Shown: in pieces, positions 36,272 to 49,844 of the stretch
Position numbering within the stretch: the stretch's first letter is position 1
How the letters are laid out: every line of letters starts with the position of its first letter
DNA from: Pseudogymnoascus verrucosus
Taxonomy: Eukaryota
DNA length: 64,000 bases
Assembly: GCA_001662655.1 (NCBI GenBank)
Contig: KV460219.1
Direction: 5' to 3' (one strand)
Made by a program: the position numbers and the translations under genes
The notes under the pieces: model-generated
What the model was told of the DNA's origin: nothing
Databases searched by the model: none
What the model saw: only the letters and a program-made list of their open reading frames with translations

Positions 36272-39200
36272 TCACGCACCACCACCTCCACTCCCAATAT
36301 CAAAAATATTCAACGGCCACGCTCCCCCCGTCGTCGCACCCCCACCATCCCCCATCATCCCCCCCCCCTGCTGCTGCTGCTGTCCTCCCATAACCCCCCC
36401 ACCCATCTGCCCCATCTCCGCCCCTTGCCCCCCTCCTCCTCCTCCATCCCCAGAACCCCCACCCATCTCCCTCCCACCAAGTTGCATCAGCGCACTCGCG
36501 CTGTAACAATCCTGCGGTTCCAGATTCCCCGCCATAGTCGACGTCCACAGCTGCCACGACTGCGACCCAGAGTGCGGATTCCCGTTCGCCCCGGTAGCGG
36601 AGCCATTAACGCCCATCCCGCCGACGCTGTTCCCCGTGGCGGTGTTGGGTTGGGCGTTTGATCGCACGGGCCATGCGGCTGGTACTTGTGATGCTTGTGC
36701 TGCGAAGGCGGCGAGAAGGGGCGCTTCGACGCTGTCGCTCATGCCGGGTGTGTAGGCGTATCCGTGCTCCTGTGGTTGGTACGGTACTCCTGATGATGCT
36801 GGCGGGTCGGGGTAGTACTGTGTTGCGGCTGGGTAGGGTGTGGATTGGTGGGCAAGACCTTGTTGGTCGGGTGTGAGGTATGCATTTCCGGCTGTTGGCG
36901 AGCCGTGGGTGTTGTCGGGATATTGGTTTGTGAAGGTGGAGGTAGAGGGTTGGGGGTATGCGCTAGGATTCGCGTGAGTGGGTGTAGCTGTGGTGCCGGT
37001 GGTAGAGGGAGCGGCGTTGGTGTTTTGGGATTGTGGGCGGCGGGAGGGTGATTTGGAGTGCTCGGCTGCCGCTTTGCTTTGAAGGTTGCGGCTCAAGAGA
37101 CCGATTGTACCATCAGTTACAACGCGGACGGCTTCGCGGAGGCGGGTGCCAGAGCCTGGCGATGTTAGTCTTTGTAGGGATAGAAATTGGAATAAGGTAA
37201 GACATACCGAGTAGCGCGCCAATATCACCCATGATATTCAGCCACTCATCCATCTCAACTCTCAGTGCCGATAGGTCCGAAGCAGTCGTCTCATTGCGCT
37301 TCTCCCACTGCGCAAACAGTGTCGTAGTAATCGCCATCACAAATACAGCGCTATTATACCAAGTCGTATCCAAACTCTTGAAAGTCTGTAGTTGCTTCGC
37401 AGCCACAAGCATCTGCCCTGCGCACTCGACACAGATTCGCATGCTCTCCGTATTAAACGCCACATCTTGCGTCATAGACACAGCCGGGTGTCGTAGCAGC
37501 ATGCGGAACTCGAGACCCCATAGCTCAGCGTACAGAGCGAAAACGCGGGCCTCCTGTCCGTTCGACGCTGACGAGGTAACGAGCTCGCTTGGCAAGCCAT
37601 CGCGCCACTCCTTGATCTTGGCCTCGAGCGTGTGCACGGCCTCCATGTATGTGTCTGGCGACCGTTGCACGGTGTATATCGTGCTGAACATGCCCAGGAA
37701 TAGCGCGTGGACCTTGAAGGCCTGCAGGCCGATGGTATGGAGGCACTTCCCGCTTCTCTGTGACAGGGGCATCTCGAGCTCGGCGAATACTTCATCGTCC
37801 ATTGGCTCTGGAATTTCAACATCGAAGTCCTCGAGGCGGAAGGGCATGGGGCGCCCCAGCTTGCCGCTCAGTGTAATACTGATGACGAGGATTGACCAGA
37901 AGATACGCTTGCGGATCTCCTGGTCGTAGGCGCTCACGTCGCTGTCAGGTCCCCATCGCTTGACTGAGCGGTGCAGGCCGAGCTCCATGGCAAATATTAC
38001 CGTCACCCGCGAGAGGATCCAGCTGGCGCCTGGTTTGGGGAAATTGCGAAGGTGTGAGCAGACCAACGCCATGGCCTGCGCGTCTTCAAGAGTGTGGCTA
38101 CATGATAGGTCGTAGAACATGCCGAGCGCGTAATGGTAGTGGAGGTTGGACTGGGCGTTGAGGTAGGCTTGCTGCGACGAATCTTCCAGGTTGCGGACAG
38201 AGTATTGGAAGAACATGATCGCGAAGACCATGTGGATCATCACGGTCTGAGCGACAGTCGGGCGGAAACTTGGGTCATCGTAAACGCGAGTCAACTATCG
38301 TATATTAGAATCCTAAAGGCAATTTGAGAAAGAGGGCAATACATACCAGAGCCATGAAAGTTCCCTTGTGAAGAATTGGCATAAATGAATTGATGACGCG
38401 GAAGAACCATTGTGCATATGTGATCCCCTCTTCCCTATCAGGCAGCTTGACCTTATCAAGCTTCGGGTTGATATTGAGGGCACTCTGCAGGAAGGCTTGG
38501 TACGACTTATTATATAAATTCGGGTGTAGCGTATTCTGCTCCGGCTCATCGAGATCCTGCGACGGGAAATCGGTAATGTCAATCTCCATCCCCAGAATCG
38601 ACAGCGCCGTGCCCTTGATCGAGCTCAACGCCGACTTCGGCGGCAACACGCCCAGGTAGTTATCTCCAGGACATCCTGCTCTAAACGCCGGCAGCGCGCG
38701 GAACAGATTCGTCTCCTGTGGGTTCGTGGAAGCGTTGTGGCTCGGCGTCGGAGTCGCGTACACGCTGGAGTTCGGACCCGCAGTCCACATCGACGGGAGA
38801 CCATTCTGAGAGACGTTGTTGTAGTACTGGGCAGCTGGCTCTGGGAAGGTATTCGATGGCTTAACTTCAATGCCATTCTGCATCAATAGGCCCTCTAGCT
38901 CGCGGATCCGCGACGATTGATCGCGGTTTTGTTGCTCGATTGACTCCACGTAGCCTCGCGGGGCAGCGCGGCCGGTGATGCGGTCCGTGGTTCGACATTC
39001 TGTATTATTTTGTAGGCAAGGCGAGCATCCATTCGTCAGGCCATCGCAGCGAATCTTCCGCACCTGTGAAAATCAATCAGCGACTATAATTTAGTTGCGG
39101 TCTCCCCGCGGTCGCATTGCCTGGGGCCGATCCGGCAGGGTTTAGTTAGTTATAGGGGACGTATGCGCCGTACCTTGCATCGGTCGCAGGCCTGACCCGT

Positions 39201-39323
39201 TCTGGTCGACGACTGTAGACGCTTCTTGACTGAGTTGGAGAAAGTCTCTGGCTTCGTTTCTGGCTTTGGTAACTTCGCTGGCGTGCCCGTGGGCGACCCT
39301 GAGGCCGTTCGCTTTGGAGGCAT
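36272..39323 (-). CDS. Zn(II)2Cys6 transcription factor with fungal middle-homology domain (Cat8/FacB-like cluster region), 4 exons
   Basis: Spliced GQACDRCK|VRKIRCDGLTNGCSPCLQNNTEC..PRGYVESIE, ELGLHR, RKRIFW and KLGRP. Exons 39323-39174, 39063-38347, 38294-37208 and 37155-36272. Confidence 0.9.
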
Positions 39324-41012
39324 TGGGTGAGCTCGAGGTGGTGCGGAGGATGCCGTGCTTAGGATGCGTATGGAAGAAGCCGAAGGTGACGGAGACAGGG
39401 ACGGCGACACTGAATGATGACCGAGATGGTCTCGATGAGTTTGTCGCAACGCGCCCACGACAAGCTGAGACGATAACGACAACGACGACGCCGTGTTGTC
39501 GCGAAGGAATCGATGGAGATGGTGGTTTTGGGTGTCTTGAGTGCTCCAAGAGCCCATTTTTGGGATCTTGTGGGATTTTGTGCAGTGGACAGGGAAAACG
39601 CGCTAATTTTCGAGGCTGGGGGGCTGGCGTGTAAATACCACGGCGCTGGATATCACTGTGATGGGATATATAGGGAGCACCGTGCATCACATTGAGTATA
39701 TATATATATAATATATATATAAAAATGTATTAATGAGTAAGAAAGAGTATGGGATTTGAGGATATTTGGGATTCGAAGGGGGTGGGAAATGGACAAATGG
39801 GATAGGGATGGAGAACAATATATCGAACGACTTTCATACTCTCTGCCGCCTTTATGAATATTGATATTGACATTGATATTGGCTGTCTTGCATTCTCAGG
39901 ACTGCGCGCATAGCTATGTGTAAGATAGCAGGTGCATATGTATAATGTCTTTCTTTATATTTATTTTTATATCATATATTTAGACTTGGCTGCATCGTGA
40001 ACAAGCTTCTTCCTTCATACGAGGAAGTATGGACACCCTGCTCAGCCCCGCCAACCACATCATACAACTCTGTCAGCGTCAACTCTGTCATCATCCAGAT
40101 CTCAGACCCCTAGGAGACCCCGATGAGCCAGGTTTAGTCTAGAGCGTCTGGGGAGAATCAACCGGACCAGCATACTACCACATATACGGTGCAACGTTCT
40201 TTCCCAGCCTATCATGAGTTACAAAGCGCCTGAGCCAGCCGTCTGTGAGTGACAGGTCCTGTGCATACATCCATACATCTTTCTGTGATGAATGCGGCTG
40301 AGCATCTTTGCAGCACCTCACCTTAAGAAATCCCCGAATACGGCTGGTTCTCGTCCTACATCGACGATTCTTTGTCACCGCATCGTGGCTGACTGATGGT
40401 CTCTCTGGACATATTATTGGCATGTCTCTATATATACTTCGTATCGGATGTTCCTGGACAACCAACCAGACAAGCCGATGAGGTAGCTACCGGGCATCCC
40501 GGGGCGGCAGGGTAGATGCCGATGCATGTTGAAGCTGCAGATGTGGATATCCTGCAATGAACATCAGCCCTATGGCCGCCGGGTTATGTGAGATGCGGGT
40601 TGTTCACTTTCTAGTGGACCATTTATTAGCATTTGTCGCCTAAACATACCCCGCCGGGGCATATCATCGACCATCGACATGTCAAAAACAACCACAACCA
40701 CAACCACAGATATCCCATCCCGACCCAAGCAACCGCCGTCTTCGTGTCTTCCCGCAACTGCATCTCCTGAAACAATACCAAGAATTCCCAAGGGCTCTAT
40801 TCTGGAAACTATTCTAGGCCTCATCTCACCTCACCCGCACTGAAAATCACGGGATCGGCGATTGGACCCCAAAACTCAGCTGAACAGCTCTGCCCCGCCA
40901 TCCCCCACCATCACCGCCACCACCACCACAACCCAAGACATCCAGCGCATATACCTCTCCTTACTCGGCCTCATCACGCCTTCCGCGTACGACCTCACCT
41001 TCACCGCCCCCA

Positions 41013-41819
41013 ATGTCTCTCACCACCATCGCCATCGAACACCTGCCCCCGGGTCACGATGTCCATATCGCCCTCTTCCACTCCGTCACCAACGCCGCCT
41101 TTCTGCATGCGCAGCTGCTCGCCGGCAACACCGACTTCGAATATGCCCTCATCGATGCTAGCGTCGTGCGTCTCCCCTTCCTCTTCCCGCCCGCCACTCT
41201 CCTGTCAGGGTTGATGTGCATCACGTGATCATGGTGTGAACAGGAGAGACTGGCTTACTGGCTACTATAGGTCGTGTCGAAGGTGCAGATCCTCGCCGCA
41301 GCATTCAGGGCGATAAACGATAATATTGAGGGCCGATTGCGGACGCGGAACGTGCATTCGGAAATAGTCTTCTGTCTCAGCCCTAACAACAACGTGAGTC
41401 AACGCCCGAGTTCGAGACTCCTCCCCACATGGCCACAAGCATCACCCCTCTCGCATCCATACTAACTCCCCCACCAGATCGCAGAATCCTTCCGTCGCTT
41501 CGGCGTCTCCCCCACCACCACCTCCCTAATAGCCATCAAAATCACCACCCCCTCCTCCCCCCCATCCCTAACCCCCGCATCGATACAAGAACACCTCACC
41601 TCCGCCGTGGAGGGCAAGCAGGCCCCCTTCAGCGACGAGGAGCTCGGCACGGTGACGGACTGGGCGAGGGTGAGGAAGGTGTATAAACTCCCGCTTGTGG
41701 GGCAGCAGGGGAAGAAGAAGGGGATGGGGGAGGAGGAGAAGAGGGAGGAAGAGGAGAGGGAGAGGAGGGAGTTGGGGGTGCAGGTTTTGGGGGCTATGGC
41801 GTTGAGGGGTGCGTCGTAG
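41013..41819 (+). CDS. CGI121: KEOPS/EKC complex subunit Cgi121, 3 exons
   Basis: [35 protein letters not shown] and [12 protein letters not shown]. Exons 41013-41165, 41271-41393 and 41478-41819. Confidence 0.92.
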
Positions 41820-42201
41820 TGAAGGATGGGATTGCAAATAGAAATCATGAAATTTAATAAAGTGACTATCTGGTTGCTATCCGTGAGACATGTCATCATG
41901 AAGCACCACCTTATAAATGAGCAACCACAGCTACTACTGAACTCAACACCAACTGGATATCATCACAAAAAACCACAAGAACAACCACAGAAACGATGAA
42001 TGAAGAAAAACAAGTTCTCCAGGAATTCATATCAGTACAATACAAGAAACCGGCTTTCGCCACGCCACGCCCATTCCCACCTACTACTCCCAACCCAAAC
42101 CTGTATAATGCATACAAACCCTAACATATGCTCGAACTTTCAAAAAAAAACAGCCACACAAACGCCTCGCGCCGCCTCATCCCTTCACTTCCCAACAATC
42201 A

Positions 42202-45200
42202 TCACCGCCAACCCCCCTTCCCCACAACCCCAACCACACTCTCCCTCTGCCTTGGCGCCCCCACAACCCCCAACCTAACAGCCTGCACCGCACTCATCCC
42301 CCCCACCGAACTGGCAATCGTCGTCCTCCTCGGCGCCCCTCCACTCGACGCATTCTTAATCACCGGCGCCGATCGTGGACTAAGCACACTCACACCCACA
42401 ATAGGCTCCTTCCCGGACCCAACCATCCTCCTCGCCTGCCCGGCCGAGAAATGCGCTTCTGCGGGCGGACTCCCAGCGGAAGCAGCGGTGGGACTACGGC
42501 GGCGCGCGGTGCGAAGGGCACTCTCGGACATACTGTGTGCGTGGCTTCCGCGGGAGCGGCGCAGCGCGGCGCGGATCTTAGCACTATCCGCGTGCGAGAT
42601 ATTTTCCGTGTCCGACGTCGGCGCGGACGAGTCCGGGGTCGAGGACGGCGTGAGTTCATTGGCGAGCGCCGAGGTGGGGGGAGCGGATGTCGAGAGACGG
42701 TTTCCGGCTTTGGTGGGGTCGATGGAGCGGAGGGGGGAGGTGTCAGAGGAGGATGGGGATGTGGAGGTTGGGTGGGTGGTGGGAGATGTGGTGTCGGGTC
42801 GCTTGGAGAGGAAGCCGGTTTGGAAGCGGTTGTTCTTGGGCTTGATGTCCAGGCTTGGCTGAGGCGCTTCGGGAATGGGCGATGAATCTGTAGCCTCGTC
42901 TAGTAGTTCTGAGGCGAGGTCCGATGGAAGCGGTGGCAGGATAAAGCTCGCTTCCGCTGAAGAGGCCTCGGGTGTGAACTGAAGCTTCTGCGGTGTCTTC
43001 TCAAACTCCGCGAGGGCGCCCGAGTCGGCATCGTCGCGCCAGCGCACGCTGCGCTTCTTCGGTGACTTCTTGTTTGGCGTGAAGGAGATGCCCTTCTTGC
43101 CTGGGATCTTGCGACGTCTAGGCGAGCCTCTCATTGGGGAGGCGGCTACATGTTCTGGGACTGGAGCGGGCAAGGGCTCCAATGCTGGCGGTGCGATCTG
43201 AGTATCGTCGTCTACGAACAAATTGACTTGCTTCTTCGTCTTCGGCGTCCCACGCTTCATTGGTGGGAAAGCTTGGGTAACGTTGAGCGACCCATCGGGC
43301 TTGATGACGTGCGACGCAGCAGTCGAGCAGCTGTTAAACAACCTCGTCAAAACCGACTTGGCGTGTCGAACGGCATCTTCTTGACTCATGGCGAGGATGT
43401 CACCGAGAGAAGAGATCAGGTCGAACTGGGCAGAGAGCAGCACTTGCATAACGCCCGAATCTCCGGATTTCTCTAACTCGACAACCTCCAATAGCGCATC
43501 GCGTGCAGCGTTCGCCTTGAGAAGCTCCGCTTCGCGTTCCAAACTCGCGACTTCTGTTCCATCTGTTGTGCCATCGGCCTCGGTCAGCTGACGAATGCTG
43601 TTCTGCGCCGCGGAATCAATGGCGCGCTCCCAGTTATTCTTCTGCTGGCGTTGATGGTAATGCTGGCGGCTATGCTCTAGCTCGACCAGGATTCCTTGGG
43701 CTGTCTTCCTCATTGAGGTCAAGCTTGGTGGCATGACGCCATCGTCTCTGTTGTCGCAGATGCTGTCGAAGGAAGCAATCCATGCTGACAGGATCGAGAT
43801 TCTGCGCTCAATTTGGTGCAGCTTCTTCATGTTATTTGACTTCTCCTGCCTCTCCGAAACCGACAATTCGTATGCCGCGCGAATCCTTGCGATGCCTTCT
43901 TTCGCGATAACTTCTCTCTTTTCGGTCTGCTTCTTAAATTTCACAAACGCGGCCTCCTCATAATTCTTCTGCTGGGCCCGAAGTTCAGTAATGAGAGCCA
44001 TTTGCTCATCGATCTTAATTACGAAATCCTTCACATGGCGGTTGACATTATAAACGTTTCTCGTGACCTTCGTTTGGATGTTCTTGGCTCTGTTCGCATA
44101 CCGTAATGTATTCTGCGTCTCGTCGAAATGCGCGCTCGAGGGGCTGACACAAACAATCATAACCGTCCTGCAGTTGCCTCCGAGGGAGAATTTAAGCAGT
44201 CGAGTGAGCTTTGAATTTCTGTATGGGACGTGGTTCTTCTTGCGGGGGTCACATAATGCGTTGATACAGCTTCCCAAAGCTAGCAGCGATTTGTTGATGT
44301 TCGCACCTTCAAGAAGGCGGTCTCCTCGATTCTTCGTCACACTTGCGCGCTCGCTGCCCGCAAGATCGATAATGCTGAGTGTTGCCATGGTATGTGGCTC
44401 GTTCACGGCGGCGTTCCTGTCCTTTTGCGCCACATTGATCTGTAAAACTGCGTGTGATCGTGATGATGTCGCGTTCGCTTCTGTCGGTGATATTGTGCGG
44501 TATTCGTTTCCCTTCACAATCATGTCCATGACTTCCTGGACATCTTTGGGGTGGTGGCTAGATAACGCAGCCACGGAGACAGTCTGGTTCGCATCCTCTC
44601 TCAACATCAATCCTTGTTTACTTCCACCAGGCTCGAGCAAATCTCGGATCGTCTCGTTATAGATCTCCAGGTATGAAAGGGACACCTCAGTATGCTTCTC
44701 GTCGCTCCTCTCCGCAATCTTCTCAAACAACTCTTGCATTGTCAAGAAAATGATGCCAGGCTGCTGAGCTGTTCCGGTAATCGTATGGGTCTTGCCGCAG
44801 CCAGTGGCTCCGTATGCAAAAACGGTTGCATTGTATCCGTCCAGTACGCTGTCCAGAAGGTTTCGAGTCGTCGCTTCGTATACGTCGCCTTGTGTTGTGT
44901 TCTCGTCAAATACTCGGTCGAATCCAAAAGTCTGATCCTTGCTTCGCTTTCCCATACTCATGAGGTTTCCCCGAGAGAATTTTGACATGCCATTGTCTTC
45001 GGGTGGATCGAACACACTGTAAGAATTGTCAGTACCAGCTGCCGTCTCCAACATGAGCAACATACAGGCATTTATCGTCCACGACTTTGATCACCGGGTG
45101 TATGCCTTTATTCGTAATTCTCGAGGTAGGCGCTGCTGCGAGGGACCCATCGCCCAGAAAGATTGTTCCATCATCGCATTTCTTGCTACAAATTGTCAGA

Positions 45201-45359
45201 GTCCGGATTCTGAGCTGGGGCGGATACACTTACAGTTGCGCAGCCTCCTTCAGCGTGAACGGTCTCACACGAACTAGAAAATGTTATTCCAGCTCATAGG
45301 AGTGTATGGTTACCCTTACCAGTTACTGAGATAGAAGACGCTCCTGTAGGTGGCTCCAT
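42202..45359 (-). CDS. KIP3: Kinesin-8 family motor (Kip3/KipB-like), 4 exons
   Basis: SISVTVRVRPF, P-loop AYGATGCGKT, NATSSRSH, DLAGSER and HVPYRNSKLTRLLKFSLGG. Exons 45359-45320, 45273-45234, 45185-45066 and 45016-42202. Confidence 0.93.
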
Positions 45360-46091
45360 CTCTGTTGTTGCTCGGATCCTCTGTCAAACCTCCTCCCAGA
45401 ACTCGCGTAAACAAAGCCCCTTTGGCTCCTGGTTGAGCCTGGTATATCGTAATTATAAATGCGAGTGGCAGAATAATATTTCTGGTATCTTAGGCGTTTG
45501 CTGTTGTTAGTAGGTCGTGTCGCAATTGTCGCGAAGAAAGGTCGTTATCATTGTTTGCTTGGTATGGGCTGTAAACTGAGGGTCCTCCTTGATGTTGTGG
45601 TGGTTGTCTATCCAACGCAAGCGACGCAACCAACTGCAAGGCTGACGAGACAAGGCTTCACGACTTGAAACATCACCCCTAGCATGATTTTCTATTTCTC
45701 AGGAACCACTTTTATAAACTCAGGTCTTTAGCTGCTGGATGTTTAATTTTATATAAATCCCGTTCATTCACAACTAAAGTTTTTATTTCCCCTAAAGATA
45801 GTTGGTTAAAATGTTCGGTCACAAGAAGGGATTGTGTCAGAATTTCATTTAAGACAGCGATTGCATTGCAGAGCATCTCAGGTCACGAGATTGTCGTGGA
45901 ATTTTATTGAAAACAACGGTTCATAGCATTCATTATAATTCATTCACCGAGCTTGCAGAACCAGCCAGTCATTCCAAATAGAAGAGTAGCCATAAAAGAG
46001 CAGAGAACCTGTGGGTAACCAGGTCACAAAACACCAACCGAACAGACAGAACAGCCAGAACAGCCAGATTAGCCGGAACTTCGCTCCATCC

Positions 46092-47051
46092 TCAAGAGAC
46101 CACAGTAACCTCAGGTGGAATTCGTATCACTATAGGCTTTGCTGCGATTCTCAGATCAATCACCTCTTTTCCTTTCTCGTTGGTCCAACCCCTCTCCGGC
46201 CCCCACGATATCACTTTCCGATGCTGGTTCACCACACTCGTCAAACCGCTTATCATGGGTCCATCCTTGTTGATTGAAGTCCAGGCGTCAAGCTGGACCT
46301 CTCTGATTGATGGCACAGCCTCCAAAATCTTGTCAAGCAAGGATTTCGAAAAATCTTCATAGAATGATTCGCCCAGACCTCTGGCGCGGTACCCATTAAA
46401 CATTGGATCTGATGTATCAACCTGAACCATGACTTTGAGTATGCGAACATTTGTAGCATCCTTTAGGCCTAGAGATTCCGTCACCGCCCAGTTCTTCGGA
46501 GGGCTTGCAAACCCTGGGCCAAGGCGTAACTCAAGCGATGATATAGAGTTCCGGCATCGTGGGGATAGGCGGGCAAGAAGCGGCCGCTTTGACTTGAAGT
46601 ACCGGTCGATACATGGGAAGATCCGGAACGTCCTCGTGGAATAAAGGAGATGAGATGCCTCCCCATGTATTTGGCGCGAGGCATATAATATGGACAACTT
46701 GCGGTGGATATTTTTGTAGTTGTCCGGGTCCAGATCAATGACGTCGGGGCAAGAGTGGAATATCAAGGCGTATATCTTCAACCGAAGCTCCGAGGGGAGA
46801 TCGAGAAGTCTGAACGGCTCTGTTGCCTCTGACTTCGATGTCACATCTTCCGCAGGGTACGCTCTAGTCGCCGAGATCTTTGCACCTCCCCGTGCCCTCA
46901 GCGTCAAGACTTTGTGTTTCATTGACGAGTCTTCCGGCTCCGATTTCTGATCTTGTGGAGAATACGCGGATGAGTGGATCGCACCACTGGTCCCAGAGAC
47001 TTTCGCACTTCCTCCTCCCCGTGACCTCAGCGTCAACACTTTATTCTTCAT
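46092..47051 (-). CDS. F-box-like hypothetical protein
   Basis: FRLLDLPSELRLKIY (fungal F-box-like start) and LYASRQIHGEA..LY. First in-frame ATG at 47051; the ORF is open up to 47096. Confidence 0.75.
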   Translation of the reverse strand: MKNKVLTLRSRGGGSAKVSGTSGAIHSSAYSPQDQKSEPEDSSMKHKVLTLRARGGAKISATRAYPAEDVTSKSEATEPFRLLDLPSELRLKIYALIFHSCPDVIDLDPDNYKNIHRKLSILYASRQIHGEASHLLYSTRTFRIFPCIDRYFKSKRPLLARLSPRCRNSISSLELRLGPGFASPPKNWAVTESLGLKDATNVRILKVMVQVDTSDPMFNGYRARGLGESFYEDFSKSLLDKILEAVPSIREVQLDAWTSINKDGPMISGLTSVVNQHRKVISWGPERGWTNEKGKEVIDLRIAAKPIVIRIPPEVTVVS

Positions 47052-47575
47052 TGATGCAGTGACTTTCTCGATGATTTCAGGGTTTGGATTTGTCAAAGAG
47101 TAGTTTTATTGAACGTTAAATCGTAAAATAGGTAGCTTAGGGCCAAGATAGTACGAAAGTTGTAGTTGAAGGGTTTGGAGTGTAGCACTACAACGGGCGA
47201 GATCCTTTCATGGAGCGGTCTTCGAGAAGAGCCGGACTCATGGTCTCGTCTTTAGCAGAGCCATTTCGCTCTCCCCAGCTAATACAACTCTACGTCCATT
47301 GAAAGTAAAGGAGCGTCGAGTCAAATTTCGTTCACTGGGTGCAACTTTGAAGAAGAAAGGACGAGAAGAGGACAGGAAGTTTGTTTTATGTTGAAAGAAC
47401 TGCTAGCGTGGTCGAGTCGGCCACCGTACCGACCTAGGCTGGTTTTTTTGGGAGGACCATAATTCCATCATCGAATTACCCCCGAGCCTCATCCAAGCTC
47501 AAATGTCCTTCTAGTCGGAGTGTCGCATTTGTAGGATTCACATATTGGGCATCCTTTGAAGCCCATATTTCCACA

Positions 47576-49270
47576 ATGCTTTCAAGAGCAGTGCGCGGCT
47601 CTCTGCGCGCCCCAGCCCTCAGGGCGGCGCCAGTAAGATTCCTCCGACCCTCAACAGCTCTATGGAGTCGGGGGCTTGCCGACCAGCGACCAGGTCAGCC
47701 AAAGAAGCCGACAACCCAGCAAAGACCTTCATCGGAACTTCCGACGAAGGCATCCGCTGGCGGCGCTGCGGCTGGTGCAAACGGGAAAGCGTCATCCATC
47801 GAAGACCCCGACGTATCTTCGCAACAACCCGAATTCGAAACTCAAGCATCACCATCGGAGAATGCCCCACTGAACGAAGCCGCATCTACCAGCGGCGCGC
47901 CGCAACACTTCAAACTGCCTGATCTCAGGGGAGGCCTACCGTCGACGCTGGAGTTCGAATCCAAGGGCAGCACAGCCAACGAATCTGCGGCGTCGGCCCT
48001 GAACCTTACGGAAGACCCACATGAAGCAACTGGCGGAGGTGGACGAGGGCCGAAAGGCGAGCTCCCAGCATCGGCATATGTATCGTCTTCGGAGAAGAAG
48101 CGTGCTCGTGTTGCAAACTACCTGTACGGGTCATTTTTCGCAACGTGCATTGCCGCATACGTATACTTGGGCAGAAACTGGGAGTCGGATGAGGAAGAGC
48201 GACAACACGTCGATGCGCCTTCTGGATGGTCTCTTGGACTCATGTGGGCTCGTTTCCGAGCTCGCACGGGAGACCAGCTGAGCTACTACAGCGAGCCAAC
48301 ATTTAAGAAGCTCTTGCCAGACGTTGACCCAAGCTTCGGACGCCCATACACACTGGTTCTGAGTTTGGAGGACCTACTCATCCACAGTGAGTGGTCAAGA
48401 GAGCACGGATGGCGGATGGCAAAGAGGCCTGGTGTGGACTACTTCCTGAGATACCTCAGCCAGTACTACGAACTGGTTATATTTACCTCCGTCCCGTGGG
48501 CCATCGGCGAGCCAGTCATTAAGAAGCTAGACCCATACCATGTCGTCACCTGGCCATTGTTCCGAGAGGCTACAATGTACAGAAAGGGCGAATATGTCAA
48601 GGTATGAACTGCAAACGGTTGGATTGCTGACATTAAGCTAACTATCTGCCAGGATCTCTCATACCTGAACCGTGACCTTTCAAAGGTCATTATCCTCGAC
48701 ACCTCTAAGGCCCACACGGAAGAGCAGCCCGAAAACGCCATCATAATGCCGAAGTGGAAGGGCGATTCCAAGGACAAGGAGCTGGTTTCACTCATTCCAT
48801 TCCTGGAGTATATCCCCACGATGGCCGTTCCAGATGTGAGGAAGGCCATTGCCTCGTTCGAAGGAACTCATATCCCAACTGAATTTGCGGCACGCGAAGC
48901 AGTCGCCCGTAAGAAGTTCATGGAACAAATTGAAGCCGAGAAGAAGAAGAAGCCGAAGAAGGGCGGCGTCAGCTTCTTGAACTCTGCTCTTGGCATCAAG
49001 CCACAGGCTGCCTTTGAGGGAGAGCAGTCAGCCAGCGAGGCGTTTGCCCAAGGTAAGATGTTGCAAGACCAGGCGAGAGAGAGAGGCCAGAAGAACTATG
49101 AGGCTTTGGATAAGATGATTAGGGAGGAGGGTGAGAAGTGGCTGAAGGAAGAGGCTGCTCATGAGGAGATGGCGAAGCAGGAGGGCATGAAGGCTATGAA
49201 GAGCGGGCTGACTGGGTTCTTTGGTGTGCCTGGAGATAAGCCCAATGAGCCTTCGTCTTCGTCCTCGTGA
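47576..49270 (+). CDS. TIM50: Mitochondrial inner-membrane translocase subunit Tim50, 2 exons
   Basis: Arg-rich presequence, single TM, FCP1-like domain PYTLVLSLEDLLIHSEW..KRPG..YVK|DLSYLNRDLSKVI. Intron 48602-48652. Confidence 0.96.
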
Positions 49271-49773
49271 ACAGGGAATGGCATGGGTGGGTGTGGCACT
49301 TGAGTCGAGGGGAAGCACTTCTTGCGACTGTTCGAGTCCCTAACTCAACTCTCATCTCTTTTGTATGTTGGTTTGCGTTGCGAAGGTACGATCTCCGTGT
49401 CTGAAAAGTGTGCAAAATTGTACAATACATCGGTTGGATTGGGTAAGGCTGTAAGATATATATAGATGGGGTGTAACGAATAATATACTTTCTATGAATT
49501 TATTTTGTTATACTTATTTTATTTATGGTGGTTTTGGTTGGATTAATATATTTGGACCGAAAAAATAAATACGTCAAGTGAGATAAATACCGTTAGCGAT
49601 TATCTACGGTAGGGAAAATTACATCAATCTCGAAGAATATGGTAGGCAAAAGTGTAAAATATATATCTCTGGACTGGGGATAAATAATTGCATCGACTTT
49701 GAATTAATGAATTAATTTGGCACAATTTTTTTTTGCAAAAAGATGAATTTCCGAATTGGAGATTGGTCGTGTT

Positions 49774-49844
49774 TGCATCAGCCGTGAATCGAACACGGGG
49801 CCCATCGATGGCAACGATGGATTTTACCACTAAACCACTGATGC
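49774..49844 (-). tRNA. tRNA-Gly(GCC), intronless
   Basis: Minus strand GCATCAGTGGTTTAGTGGTAAAATCCATCGTTGCCATCGATGGGCCCCGTGTTCGATTCACGGCTGATGCA. It has a 7-bp acceptor stem, GCC anticodon, GTTCGA T-loop and a T5 run about 35 nt downstream. Confidence 0.97.

Noticed and set aside
29835..39323. PUT1 near a Zn2Cys6 gene as a proline-utilisation (prn) cluster
   Set aside because: No P5C dehydrogenase or proline permease is present, an unrelated gene intervenes, and the zinc cluster looks Cat8/FacB-like rather than recognisably Put3/PrnA.
40284..40301. GTGATGA..CTGA as a C/D snoRNA
   Set aside because: The boxes are too close, and no convincing terminal stem or guide is evident.
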